Part shown: in pieces, positions 7,352 through 16,116 of the stretch
Layout of the letters: each line of letters opens with the position of its first letter
Numbering within the stretch: position 1 is the stretch's first letter
Assembly: GCA_046757665.1 (NCBI GenBank)
Contig: JBHHYO010000013.1
Span: forward strand, 1-46,996
Length of the DNA stretch: 46,996 nucleotides
Reading direction: 5' to 3'
From: Nitrospinales bacterium
Lineage (GTDB): Bacteria; Nitrospinota; Nitrospinia; Nitrospinales; JAJDAT01
The notes under the pieces: model-generated
What the model was told of the DNA's origin: nothing
Databases searched by the model: none
The model's input: only the letters and a program-made list of their open reading frames with translations
Program-made: the position numbers and the translations under genes

Positions 7352-10087
7352 TTATTCCAAAAGCTCATCTTCTTCGTCAAGACTTTCCTCTTCATCGCCG
7401 ACATCTTCGTCACCGATGTCTTCATCGCCGATGTCTTCTTCTCCTCCGCCGTCATCCTCCAGGGACAGATCGGGATTAAAATCGACGGTGTTGTAGGAGA
7501 CGATGAAATCGCGGATATCCGAAACCTGTTTATCGACATTGCCGTCCTCGACCGCTTCCATAAGGTCGAACTTGGGGCGAACGACGTACTTATCGCCTTC
7601 TTTGAGCCAGTGGTTGGGCATTCGCGTTTCGGGAATAAGTTTGCGGGTGTTTTTCAGCCAATTCGGGATCCAGTCCTGTCTGAGCCGTTCGCTGGCGATG
7701 GAAAAATCGATGCCCTTGGCGCCGTCGTCATGGCATTTACCGCAATCCATATAGTTGACCATTTTGACGCCGGTTTCGATGGATTGCATATGTTTTTTGA
7801 TGTTCAGTCCCGGTTCATAGCCGCTTTCCCTTGGCACCAACGCCTCAAAATAAGCCGTAATTTGGCGGACTTCCTTGTCAGTAAAGAAAAACGTAGGCAT
7901 TCGGGCTTTCAGCCAGGTTCTCACGGGCGTTGGATTTTTCAGGAATGAAAATAGCCAGGAAGCTTTGAGTCTTTCTCCGACGTGATAAGGGCTGTTGTCC
8001 AGCGGCGGCGGGAAGAAATTTTTGTTCTTGATGTATTTCCGGATACGTCCTCCCTCGCCTTCAATGATGTGGCAACCCCTGCAATTAAACTTGAGCACGA
8101 GGCGTCTGCCGGCCTCCAGGGTTTGTTCTTTCTCGGTTAACGTTCTGCGAAACCGCTCCGGAAGGTACTGTCCGTTGAACCCTCGGAGAAGGACCAAAAG
8201 GGCGCTGATTTCATCATCGGACAGGTTGAAGTTGGGCATCTTGTCCAAAACGCGCTCGGTTCGATAAGCGCTGGGGTTTTTCAGCTTGTTGCCGGCCCAG
8301 GATTCCCAGGTGTGGGGGATATGAGAATCGCCGAACTCCAGCTCCCAGGTTTGTTTGACCCCGAAGGCCGAAAGCTCGGGAGCGATTCGTCCCTCCTTCT
8401 CCATGCCCTTGATGTCGTGGCAGGCAAAGCAACCCCGTCGGCGGATCACCGTTTTGCCATAGTCGATCAATTCCGCGGATTTTAATTTTTCGTCCAGTCC
8501 GGGGATGGGATCGGGTTTGCTGAATTGCAACAAATAAGCGGCGATATCCGATGCTTCCTGAAAGGACAGCCGGAGGTTCGGCATCCGGCTTTGGTCGTTA
8601 TATTCCTTGGGGTTGCTCAGCCAGCTGACCAGCCAGTCCGGATCGACCTTGCTGGCTACGCGGCTCAAGTCCGGGCCGAAGACCTCTCCCTGGCCCTTCA
8701 GTTCGTGGCAGGCCAGACATCCCACGCTGGAAAACAGTTTTTCTCCGTTTTCACTGTTTCCACCCTTGAATGTTTCCGGGTGCCGGTAGTTGGGGTCGGA
8801 TTTCGCCAGAAGGTAAGCGGTGACCGCCATGGCGTCCCTGTCGTTGAATCCGAAATTGGGCATTCGCGTTTTCGGCAGGTAAGCTTTGGGATTTTTTACC
8901 CAGCGAAAAAGCCAACTGGGGTTTACTTTGGCGCCGACCCGGAGCAGGCGGGGCCCGACCTTGTCCTCATTTCCAAAACCTTCCGCCAGGTGGCAACCAT
9001 GGCATCCCAGTTTTAAAAACAGGTTTTTTCCCCTGGAAAGCGCCGGCGCTCCCTCGAGGTTCAGGACCTGGTCGTGGCAGTTCCGGCACTGGGACTGCAT
9101 GAAATCCCCTTTCAGGATAGGTTCGTTGAGCCCGAGCGTCTGGTCCGTTTCGTGGTGCGAGCCGTGCGCGTCCTCGGGCGGCGCCGTTACCGGCCCCTGT
9201 CCCTTGTGGCACCAGGTACAGCCGGTTTTCCCCGGAGGATGTTTGTCGATATAAATTTTCAGATTGGGGTGGGTTTTCAGAGGCTGGTCGAAGTTCTCAT
9301 AATGAGTATTGTCATAGGAGATGTGGCAGGTCATGCATCGATCTACCTTGTAGGTGATCTCCTTGAAGTTGTTCAACCGGGCTCCGGGAATAACGGTCTG
9401 TTTGATTTCGGAGAATTTCCAGACGAAAGGAAACGGTTTGTAAAAGTTCATCGTCCTTTCCAAACCGTCCCGCTTGTTGGTCAGGGCCTTTAATTCTTTT
9501 TCCAGTTTGATCTTGCGGGCTTTGAAGCGGAGGAACTGGTTTTCCAAGGTATTGTATGTCTGCTCCAGCTTGGCGATGACCGGGTCAAAGGAGTCGATCT
9601 CCTTTTGGATTTGTTCCACCTTGGCTTTTTGAACGGTGAAATTTTCGCCGGCGTGCTGGGCTTTTTTGTAAAAATAGTAAGCCTCATCCAATCGGCTGAT
9701 GGCGAATTTCTTTTGCACTTTTGTGTCATCAAGATGAATTTTCGCCTCTCGAACTTTTGTCAGCAGTTTCTCGTATTCGGATGAGCCTTCCAGGTTTTCT
9801 TCTTCTTCTTTCAGATGTTCCCGAATTTCCTTTTCCTTGGCCGCTATTTCATCATTGTTCTTTTTCCACTCTTCCTTGGCAGTGTTGTATTCGGCCTTGT
9901 AGAAGATTTTCTGGTATTTTTTGTACCCCCGGCGGCTGAACTCATCGTCCCAGAACGACCAAAGGGTTACCAGCAACAATCCTCCCGACACCAAAAAGAA
10001 CAAGAAACTGTAGGAAACTTTCTCGTCGGGAACGTAAGCGTTTTCTTCCTGTTTGTTTTCAGGGGTATCCAAGAGAGGTTCCTGCAA
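7352..10087 (-). CDS. Membrane-anchored octaheme cytochrome c subunit of a Rieske/cytochrome b complex
   Basis: TM helix, long coiled coil, 8 CxxCH (CMTCH, CTWCH, CRNCH, CHGCH, CLACH, CFACH, CRGCH, CGKCH), acidic tail; TTG start. Confidence 0.92.
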   Translation of the reverse strand: MQEPLLDTPENKQEENAYVPDEKVSYSFLFFLVSGGLLLVTLWSFWDDEFSRRGYKKYQKIFYKAEYNTAKEEWKKNNDEIAAKEKEIREHLKEEEENLEGSSEYEKLLTKVREAKIHLDDTKVQKKFAISRLDEAYYFYKKAQHAGENFTVQKAKVEQIQKEIDSFDPVIAKLEQTYNTLENQFLRFKARKIKLEKELKALTNKRDGLERTMNFYKPFPFVWKFSEIKQTVIPGARLNNFKEITYKVDRCMTCHISYDNTHYENFDQPLKTHPNLKIYIDKHPPGKTGCTWCHKGQGPVTAPPEDAHGSHHETDQTLGLNEPILKGDFMQSQCRNCHDQVLNLEGAPALSRGKNLFLKLGCHGCHLAEGFGNEDKVGPRLLRVGAKVNPSWLFRWVKNPKAYLPKTRMPNFGFNDRDAMAVTAYLLAKSDPNYRHPETFKGGNSENGEKLFSSVGCLACHELKGQGEVFGPDLSRVASKVDPDWLVSWLSNPKEYNDQSRMPNLRLSFQEASDIAAYLLQFSKPDPIPGLDEKLKSAELIDYGKTVIRRRGCFACHDIKGMEKEGRIAPELSAFGVKQTWELEFGDSHIPHTWESWAGNKLKNPSAYRTERVLDKMPNFNLSDDEISALLVLLRGFNGQYLPERFRRTLTEKEQTLEAGRRLVLKFNCRGCHIIEGEGGRIRKYIKNKNFFPPPLDNSPYHVGERLKASWLFSFLKNPTPVRTWLKARMPTFFFTDKEVRQITAYFEALVPRESGYEPGLNIKKHMQSIETGVKMVNYMDCGKCHDDGAKGIDFSIASERLRQDWIPNWLKNTRKLIPETRMPNHWLKEGDKYVVRPKFDLMEAVEDGNVDKQVSDIRDFIVSYNTVDFNPDLSLEDDGGGEEDIGDEDIGDEDVGDEEESLDEEDELLE
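7389..7438. repeat. 15-bp tandem repeat (3.3 copies) encoding the (ED[I/V]GD)n acidic tail
   Basis: tcttcatcgccgaca / tcttcgtcaccgatg / tcttcatcgccgatg / tcttc. Confidence 0.85.
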
Positions 10088-10095
10088 GTTGATAG

Positions 10096-10863
10096 CTAGA
10101 TATTAAACCAGGGGGTTACCCAGATGTATTTGATGTTAAAGCCTAACCGGAGAATGATTTTAATAACCATTCCCAGCATAATGAGCAGTAATTGAATTTT
10201 GACGAACATGCGGACGAAGCCGACGCTTTTCAAGGCCTTGCGTTCCATGAACATGTAAACGGCGGTGCCTATGGCGAAATATCCGCTAATGACGGCGCCG
10301 CCGAAGACCATGGCCCAGTTGTAGGATCGCACGCCGAAGGCATAAGGCAGGTCCACGTTGACCAGGGCGACGACTTTATGAGGATCCCAGTATTGCCAGG
10401 GCATAAAAAGGTTCCACCCCGGGCCGCGTAAAAAGACGCCCATGATGATCAAGGCGATCCATAGCACCAGAAAACCGAAACTATAGACCCAGATCGCGAC
10501 TTTCCGCTCGGAGTAGGTGTAATAACCGTTCCCCTTGGGGTTAACGTCCAGGTAGGGAATGAGCATCAACCCGACGATGATCAGGGTGGGAGCCACCACC
10601 CCGGCGAACCAGGGATCGAAATAAACCAGGATGTCCTGCAACCCCAGGAAGTACCAGGGAGCCTTGGAGGGGTTAGGCGTTTTGGTGGGGTTCGCCGCTT
10701 CTTCCAACGGGGCGTCAATGGTGATCGACCAGACCGTCAGAAAAATCATGACGATCATGGCGCATAAAAATTCCAGCCGCACCAGGTAAGGCCAGACGTG
10801 CACCTTGTCCGTCGAAGCCGAAGCCGATGCGGCGGCATCCTTTTTTTTCGTTTTGTCTTGCAT
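10096..10863 (-). CDS. Cytochrome b C-terminal part (subunit IV-like) of a split cytochrome b
   Basis: DAPLEEAANPTKTPNPSKAPWYFLGLQ (PEWY-equivalent APWY), LIPYLD; ATG at 10863 chosen over TTG at 10878. Confidence 0.88.
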   Translation of the reverse strand: MQDKTKKKDAAASASASTDKVHVWPYLVRLEFLCAMIVMIFLTVWSITIDAPLEEAANPTKTPNPSKAPWYFLGLQDILVYFDPWFAGVVAPTLIIVGLMLIPYLDVNPKGNGYYTYSERKVAIWVYSFGFLVLWIALIIMGVFLRGPGWNLFMPWQYWDPHKVVALVNVDLPYAFGVRSYNWAMVFGGAVISGYFAIGTAVYMFMERKALKSVGFVRMFVKIQLLLIMLGMVIKIILRLGFNIKYIWVTPWFNI

Positions 10864-10908
10864 CGCCGTCCCTTCCAAATGGGATCGAGTTTAAAGATAG
10901 TCCGACAT

Positions 10909-11739
10909 TTAGAGAGGACCGGATATTCCCCCGTCCTTGCGAATACGCCAGAAATGGACGATCATCAAAGCTCCCGCCACAAGAGGAATAAAAATACAGT
11001 GCAACACGTAAAACCGTAGCAAGGCCGGCGGCCCAACCAGGCTTCCCCCCAGCAGTACGGACCGGGCGTCGTATCTTGGCGAAACGCCGACAAATTCCGC
11101 GAACGGTCCTTCATGCCCTAAAAATGGCGTGGCGCGGGCCATGTTCGTGCCAACGGTTACCGCCCACATCGCCAATTGGTCCCACGGAAGCAGATAACCG
11201 GTGAAACTCAGCAACAATGTGAAGGTTACCAGAAAAACCCCGATGACCCAGTTGAATTCGCGCGGTGGTTTGTAAGACCCGGTAAGAAATACCCGGAACA
11301 TATGCAACCAGACGGTGATAACCATCGAGTGAGCGGCCCACCGGTGCATATTGCGCATCAACATGCCGAACGGAACGTCATACTGAAGATATTTCATGTC
11401 GAAGTAGGCGTATTCACCCACCGGCCGATAATAAAACATCAAAATCACGCCGGTCACCACCGTCACCAGGAACATGAGAAAGGTGATGCCGCCCATGCAC
11501 CAGGTGAATTTTATCCTCAGCGCGTGCCGGGAAATTTTGACCGGATGCAAATGCAACCAGACGTTGCTGGCAATTTGCAGAACCCGGTTGCGCGGGGTGT
11601 CGGCGTATCCGTGACGGAAAGAAGACGTCCAGATTTGCGATTCCGTTATGGCCTTAGCCATTTCGCTGAATATCTTGCCGCTTTTGATTTGGGCTACCAG
11701 GTCCGCCGGACTCGGTATGCCTTGCGGTTTATTAGCCAA
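10909..11739 (-). CDS. Cytochrome b6-like N-terminal subunit
   Basis: [47 protein letters not shown]...VHF; GGAGG RBS before TTG. Confidence 0.94.
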   Translation of the reverse strand: MANKPQGIPSPADLVAQIKSGKIFSEMAKAITESQIWTSSFRHGYADTPRNRVLQIASNVWLHLHPVKISRHALRIKFTWCMGGITFLMFLVTVVTGVILMFYYRPVGEYAYFDMKYLQYDVPFGMLMRNMHRWAAHSMVITVWLHMFRVFLTGSYKPPREFNWVIGVFLVTFTLLLSFTGYLLPWDQLAMWAVTVGTNMARATPFLGHEGPFAEFVGVSPRYDARSVLLGGSLVGPPALLRFYVLHCIFIPLVAGALMIVHFWRIRKDGGISGPL

Positions 11740-11819
11740 AACCTGACCTCCTTAACCGGGATGCTCGTGAAGAGACTCCCGGAACATTAAACATTGGGTT
11801 GTTTAAAAACCCTGTAAGG

Positions 11820-12434
11820 TTAAGCCTTTAAAATTGACCCTGGCGCACCCCATTGTCCTTTTTCGAACAGAAATTTTTTGCTCTTGTCCACGGCGATTTG
11901 CCCGTCCGGTCCCAAAGTGATCTTCAACCGCTCCAGGGGCCGGGGCGCGGGGCCCTCAAAATTGATGCCTTGCATGGTAAACCCGCTACCGTGACAGGGG
12001 CATTTGTATTTTTGCTCGGTCCTCAGCCATTTCGGAGTGCAACCCAAGTGTGTGCACTTCGCCAGGATGGCATAAAGGCCATCTTGTTCGCGAACAATCC
12101 ATACTCGCTGATCCTTCACCCATTTCGAGCTCACTTCTCCGACGGTATAATCCTCCGGTTTTCCGGCCTTGAAACGGGGGGAGGGTTCGAACAGCACTCG
12201 GGGAAACAGTAGCCGCAAGAAATAAACAGAGGAAAGCCCGGTGGTGGCAAGAAAACTCGCCCACCCCGCCAGGGAAAAAAAGTCCCGGCGCGACCAGATC
12301 GTCGTCTGCGCTTTCTCTTTACTGTTTTTTCCCGCTTTACCTTTTACAGCCGGTTTGGCTCCGGTCTTGGGTGCGGGTTTCGCGCCGACTTTGGGCTTCG
12401 GCATGACGGCCTGTTTGCTTTCTACTTCAGCCAT
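11820..12434 (-). CDS. Rieske 2Fe-2S subunit (Tat-exported)
   Basis: SRRDFF Tat motif plus TM helix, CTHLGC and CPCHGS boxes, GPAPRPL; Lys/Pro/Ala-rich N-terminal extension (alternative start 12449). Confidence 0.94.
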   Translation of the reverse strand: MAEVESKQAVMPKPKVGAKPAPKTGAKPAVKGKAGKNSKEKAQTTIWSRRDFFSLAGWASFLATTGLSSVYFLRLLFPRVLFEPSPRFKAGKPEDYTVGEVSSKWVKDQRVWIVREQDGLYAILAKCTHLGCTPKWLRTEQKYKCPCHGSGFTMQGINFEGPAPRPLERLKITLGPDGQIAVDKSKKFLFEKGQWGAPGSILKA

Positions 12435-12521
12435 AAGATCACCCCCCATGACGTGTGGACTTTTGCGGCGCTTCCCCGAAATGAATCTTTCGACGAAACA
12501 CCCGTCCTTAGAGAAACTTGC

Positions 12522-12550
12522 TTTTTAGCATATATAACATAGCGAGTCAA
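12522..12550 (-). promoter_or_regulatory. Putative sigma70 promoter of the Rieske/cytochrome b operon
   Basis: Minus strand TTGACT-17 bp-TAAAAA with TG just upstream of the -10. Confidence 0.45.
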
Positions 12551-12579
12551 GAAATCCTGACCGCCCACAATAACGGCTT

Positions 12580-13968
12580 TCATCGCCCGGTCTTGAGAGC
12601 CCGCAGGGCGGTGCGGGCCGCCTCCCGGATTCCCTGGGAAGCCGTCCCATGAGGCAATCCGGCCAGGTCCGCCGCCGTCAATCCCTTTTGCACCGCCAGC
12701 CAGACCGGAACGATTTTTTCCGAGGCGCGGTGCGCCAGAATATGGCCTCCAATGACCTTGCGTGTCGACCGGTCCACGACAATTTTAAAGAACTCCGCGT
12801 CACCGCCGGTTACAACCGGGCGGTCGAGCCGGTCGGCGCATCCTTCCACGGCCCGGTAACCCTTGTGATGCGCCTCGCCCGCGAGACACCCCACGCCGGC
12901 AAGCTCCGGCTCGGAATAGACGATAAAGGGCATCTTGCCCCGGTCCAGGGATTTGGGGGTTCCCAAGGCATTGCCGACGGCGACTTTTGCCTCTTCGCTC
13001 GACAAAACGGGTGATGGGGCTCGTCCCGTAATCCCGCCGATGGCGTACAGTCCCGACACGCTGGTTTCCATTTTCTCGTTGACCAGGACTTCGCCTTGCT
13101 CGCCGAGGCGGATTTTCGGACTATTGGCGCCCAGGGTCTCGGAGTGGGGTTTCCGCATCTCCCCGGCCGCGACGATTTTATGGACGGAAAACTTGATACC
13201 ACCTTCCAAGCATATCTCCATTTTATCATTATTTTTGTAAAAGGATTCCGGTTTTTTGTGGAGCAGTAATTTTATCTTCCTGTTTTTCAATGCTTTTTCC
13301 AGCATGGCGGCGACGTCCGGGTCCGCTTCGGGAAGCAGGCGGGCCCGCGGGACGCATAAAAACACCCTGCTCCCCAGCCGGTTCAGCAACGTGGCGGTTT
13401 CGCACGCCGCGCCACCCCCGCCGACGACCATAACGCTTTGCGGAATGTCCGCTGATTTTAGAATATCGTCGCTGGATATAATGTCCCGGTCGTCGAAGGG
13501 CATGGCGGGCAGGGCGTCGGTCTGCGACCCCGTGGCCAGGATAATGGATTTCGCCTCGACCGATTCGTTGCCGCCATCCGTGGTGGCCACCGTCAAATGA
13601 GTCGCATCGAGCAGTGTGCCCGTGCCCTTTAAAAGAACGACTCCCTTTGCTTGCAGGGAACGTTGCCGCTCCTCGGACAAGGCCCGCGCCGCGCCGCGAA
13701 CCTTGTCGAACAGGAGGGGAATATCCAGCGAGGGTTGTGGAGAGGGTCCGGTTTCACCGGGTGATGGCGGCCGGACACCCCGCGTCAGCCCCAGGGAATC
13801 CATGACAACGCCGAGACAGGCCAGCCCGCTTTGCAGTCCGGCGCCGCCCAGCCGGTCCTTCTCGACCAGGCAGACCCTGGCGCCGCGTTCCGCCGCCCGC
13901 AGTGCCGCCGCAACCCCGGCCCGCCCCCCTCCCACAATGGCAATATCGAATGGTTTCAATTCATGCAC
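12580..13968 (-). CDS. Pyridine nucleotide-disulfide oxidoreductase class I (dihydrolipoamide dehydrogenase-like), redox cysteines absent
   Basis: FAD-binding IVGGGRAG, EKDRLGG, ILATGS, ETSVSGLYAIG, dimerisation domain; the GGxCxxxGCIP motif reads GGAGLQSGLAC. Confidence 0.85.
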   Translation of the reverse strand: MHELKPFDIAIVGGGRAGVAAALRAAERGARVCLVEKDRLGGAGLQSGLACLGVVMDSLGLTRGVRPPSPGETGPSPQPSLDIPLLFDKVRGAARALSEERQRSLQAKGVVLLKGTGTLLDATHLTVATTDGGNESVEAKSIILATGSQTDALPAMPFDDRDIISSDDILKSADIPQSVMVVGGGGAACETATLLNRLGSRVFLCVPRARLLPEADPDVAAMLEKALKNRKIKLLLHKKPESFYKNNDKMEICLEGGIKFSVHKIVAAGEMRKPHSETLGANSPKIRLGEQGEVLVNEKMETSVSGLYAIGGITGRAPSPVLSSEEAKVAVGNALGTPKSLDRGKMPFIVYSEPELAGVGCLAGEAHHKGYRAVEGCADRLDRPVVTGGDAEFFKIVVDRSTRKVIGGHILAHRASEKIVPVWLAVQKGLTAADLAGLPHGTASQGIREAARTALRALKTGR

Positions 13969-14042
13969 AAAGACTATACCTGAATGAACGAGCTGTTTGG
14001 TTCAATGTTGACTGTGCCATTGTAAGCCCGTGGGGTTGAAAG

Positions 14043-14399
14043 TCAAAGGAGCCGGAAGGCGATGACGCCCACCAGCATGATGGCGCCCAGCGACGTGATG
14101 ATGGCGTGCAGGGTGATGTTGATTTTTCGGCTCCACGGGATGACCGCCAGAAAATAAAACAGCACGAAATATTCCCAGAACCCGTTGCCCAACCGGTAAT
14201 GATTCACCACCAGGAAAAAACCGTACCAGACCAGGACCAGCCGGAACACGTTCTTGTGAAGTTTATACCCCTTTTCCCTTTTGTCCCGGGGAAGGATATT
14301 CACCCCGATGATAATGTTGGCGATGCAGGTGAGGATGGCGAGAAAAACAAGGATCACATTGGGGCTGGAAAAAAAATCTCCCAGGGTGGCGGTCTGCAT
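14043..14399 (-). CDS. Hypothetical membrane protein (~4 TM)
   Basis: Hydrophobic helices, fills the gap between same-strand genes. Confidence 0.7.
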   Translation of the reverse strand: MQTATLGDFFSSPNVILVFLAILTCIANIIIGVNILPRDKREKGYKLHKNVFRLVLVWYGFFLVVNHYRLGNGFWEYFVLFYFLAVIPWSRKINITLHAIITSLGAIMLVGVIAFRLL

Positions 14400-14449
14400 T
14401 TGAAGATGACGGAAAAAGTTTTAAGGCAATCGCGGTCCGTTGACCGGGT

Positions 14450-16057
14450 TCACCGGAAATTAAACGCGCCGAGGTTATAGTCGTTTTTCTTTCGCGCGGC
14501 GTTGATGCTCTCGATTTTTTTCAACCAGCCGGGAATTTTTTCTGTTTCCCGGCCCGTTTTGGTGGCGATGACCGCGAGGTTGTACAGGGCTTCCGCGTTT
14601 GCCGGGTTTACCTCGGCGGCTCTTTGAATGTAAGGTTTGGCCCTGGCATAGTTTTCCTGGTCCAGCAACAGGGCTCCCATGTTGTTCAGAGCCCGGAAAT
14701 TGCCGGGGTCTTTTTGTATCGCCTTCCGGTAGTAACGCGGCACGGCGGGATCGGATTTTTTCTCCAGCCAGATGGCGCGCCCCGCCTCGTATTGGGCGGT
14801 TGACCAGTTCGGGCATATCCTCGCCACGCGCAACCAGTATGTCTTGATGTTGGAAAAGGTGGCCGTGTAATGGCAAGTGACGCCCCCGAATAAAATGACA
14901 AAAAATCCCAGCAGAATCAACCGGCGGCGCGGGTCGGCCCCGATCCATCGGTTGTCGAACATTCCCCGGAGAACAACGAAAATGACCGCCAGCGAGGGCA
15001 GATAAATGTACCGGTCCTGGCGGAGCGTGTTTACGGGCACGATGTTGGAGTAGGGTAGCGCCCAGATGACAAACCATCCTACCGCAAAAGTCAAGAGGGG
15101 CCGCTTGCGCCAGTTCAGGGCGGCCACCAGCACAACCGGAACCAGGAGATAGGATAAAATGGATTTCCCGCTCTCCAGGTCCCAGGGCAGGTAATGATAG
15201 TAGGGGGACAGTTGAAACGGGAAAAGCAGTGACAGGAGATAATCCAGATAAACCCGGGACGTAAACAGCAAGTTGATCCACAAACTGCCGCCGGCGTAAT
15301 CCGCCAGGGCTCCCGCCTTGACGCCCTCGCCGTACAAAGTGAGCAGTGCGAAAAAAATCGATCCCGCCAGAAAAGGAATTTTTTCGTACAGCCGCCATCC
15401 TCTCCCGGCCAGGCACAGGTCGTAAAGTATGAGGATGAAGGGAAGCCCCACCGCAAGGGTCTTGCTCAGCAGGGCGCAGACGAACAGCAACCAGGACGCC
15501 GCCCAATGCCGCCTGGCGCGTTCGGGTTCCTGCGTGTACCGCACATAGAAAAACAGCGAGGACAAAATAAAAAAGGCGGATAAAAGATTTTTACGTTCTG
15601 AAATCCAGGCCACCGATTCCGTATGGATGGGATGGATCGAATAAATCAGGGCAGTGCCGAACGCCAGGCCGGTTGAGATTTTCAGCCGCCGCAGGAGGAG
15701 GAAAATTAAAAATGCGTTGCCGGTTTGCAGAAGGATTTGCGTCAGATGGTATCCCATCGGGTTGAACTTCCACAGCGTGTAGTCCAGGGAGTAGCTGAGC
15801 ATCGTCAGCGGCACGTAGGTGTGGAAAACGTGGGTATGGGAAAAAATGTCCAACAGGTTGGCAAGGGACAAGTCGCGTAAATAGGGGTTTCTGAAAATGT
15901 AGGCCTGGTCGTCCGCGCCGATGAGGAATCCGAATTGCAATGACGGTCCGTAAACCAAAAGGTTCAGGGCCAGCAGAAGGATAAGGCCTCCGCCGAGCAA
16001 GACACTGCTTTTGCGGGGTGGAACGTCGGGGGCGTCGAAAATCATGAGCGTTCCCAA
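14450..16057 (-). CDS. TMTC-like GT-C membrane glycosyltransferase with C-terminal TPRs
   Basis: GADDQAYI (DD), YVPLT, HPIHTESVAWISERK, LLSKT, DRYIYLP, C-terminal TPR (ALNNMG, ALYNLA); start may be ATG 16045. Confidence 0.85.
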   Translation of the reverse strand: MGTLMIFDAPDVPPRKSSVLLGGGLILLLALNLLVYGPSLQFGFLIGADDQAYIFRNPYLRDLSLANLLDIFSHTHVFHTYVPLTMLSYSLDYTLWKFNPMGYHLTQILLQTGNAFLIFLLLRRLKISTGLAFGTALIYSIHPIHTESVAWISERKNLLSAFFILSSLFFYVRYTQEPERARRHWAASWLLFVCALLSKTLAVGLPFILILYDLCLAGRGWRLYEKIPFLAGSIFFALLTLYGEGVKAGALADYAGGSLWINLLFTSRVYLDYLLSLLFPFQLSPYYHYLPWDLESGKSILSYLLVPVVLVAALNWRKRPLLTFAVGWFVIWALPYSNIVPVNTLRQDRYIYLPSLAVIFVVLRGMFDNRWIGADPRRRLILLGFFVILFGGVTCHYTATFSNIKTYWLRVARICPNWSTAQYEAGRAIWLEKKSDPAVPRYYRKAIQKDPGNFRALNNMGALLLDQENYARAKPYIQRAAEVNPANAEALYNLAVIATKTGRETEKIPGWLKKIESINAARKKNDYNLGAFNFR

Positions 16058-16116
16058 AAGTCGATGCTTTTTTTAGTCCGCCGCGGAAAAAGTTTTTCTC
16101 GTGGAGCGTGGCGGGA

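Noticed and set aside
12528-12545. ModE-box-like TATATAAC/ATAGCG upstream of the Rieske gene
   Set aside because: Only partial half-sites without the proper palindromic spacing; better explained as promoter spacer
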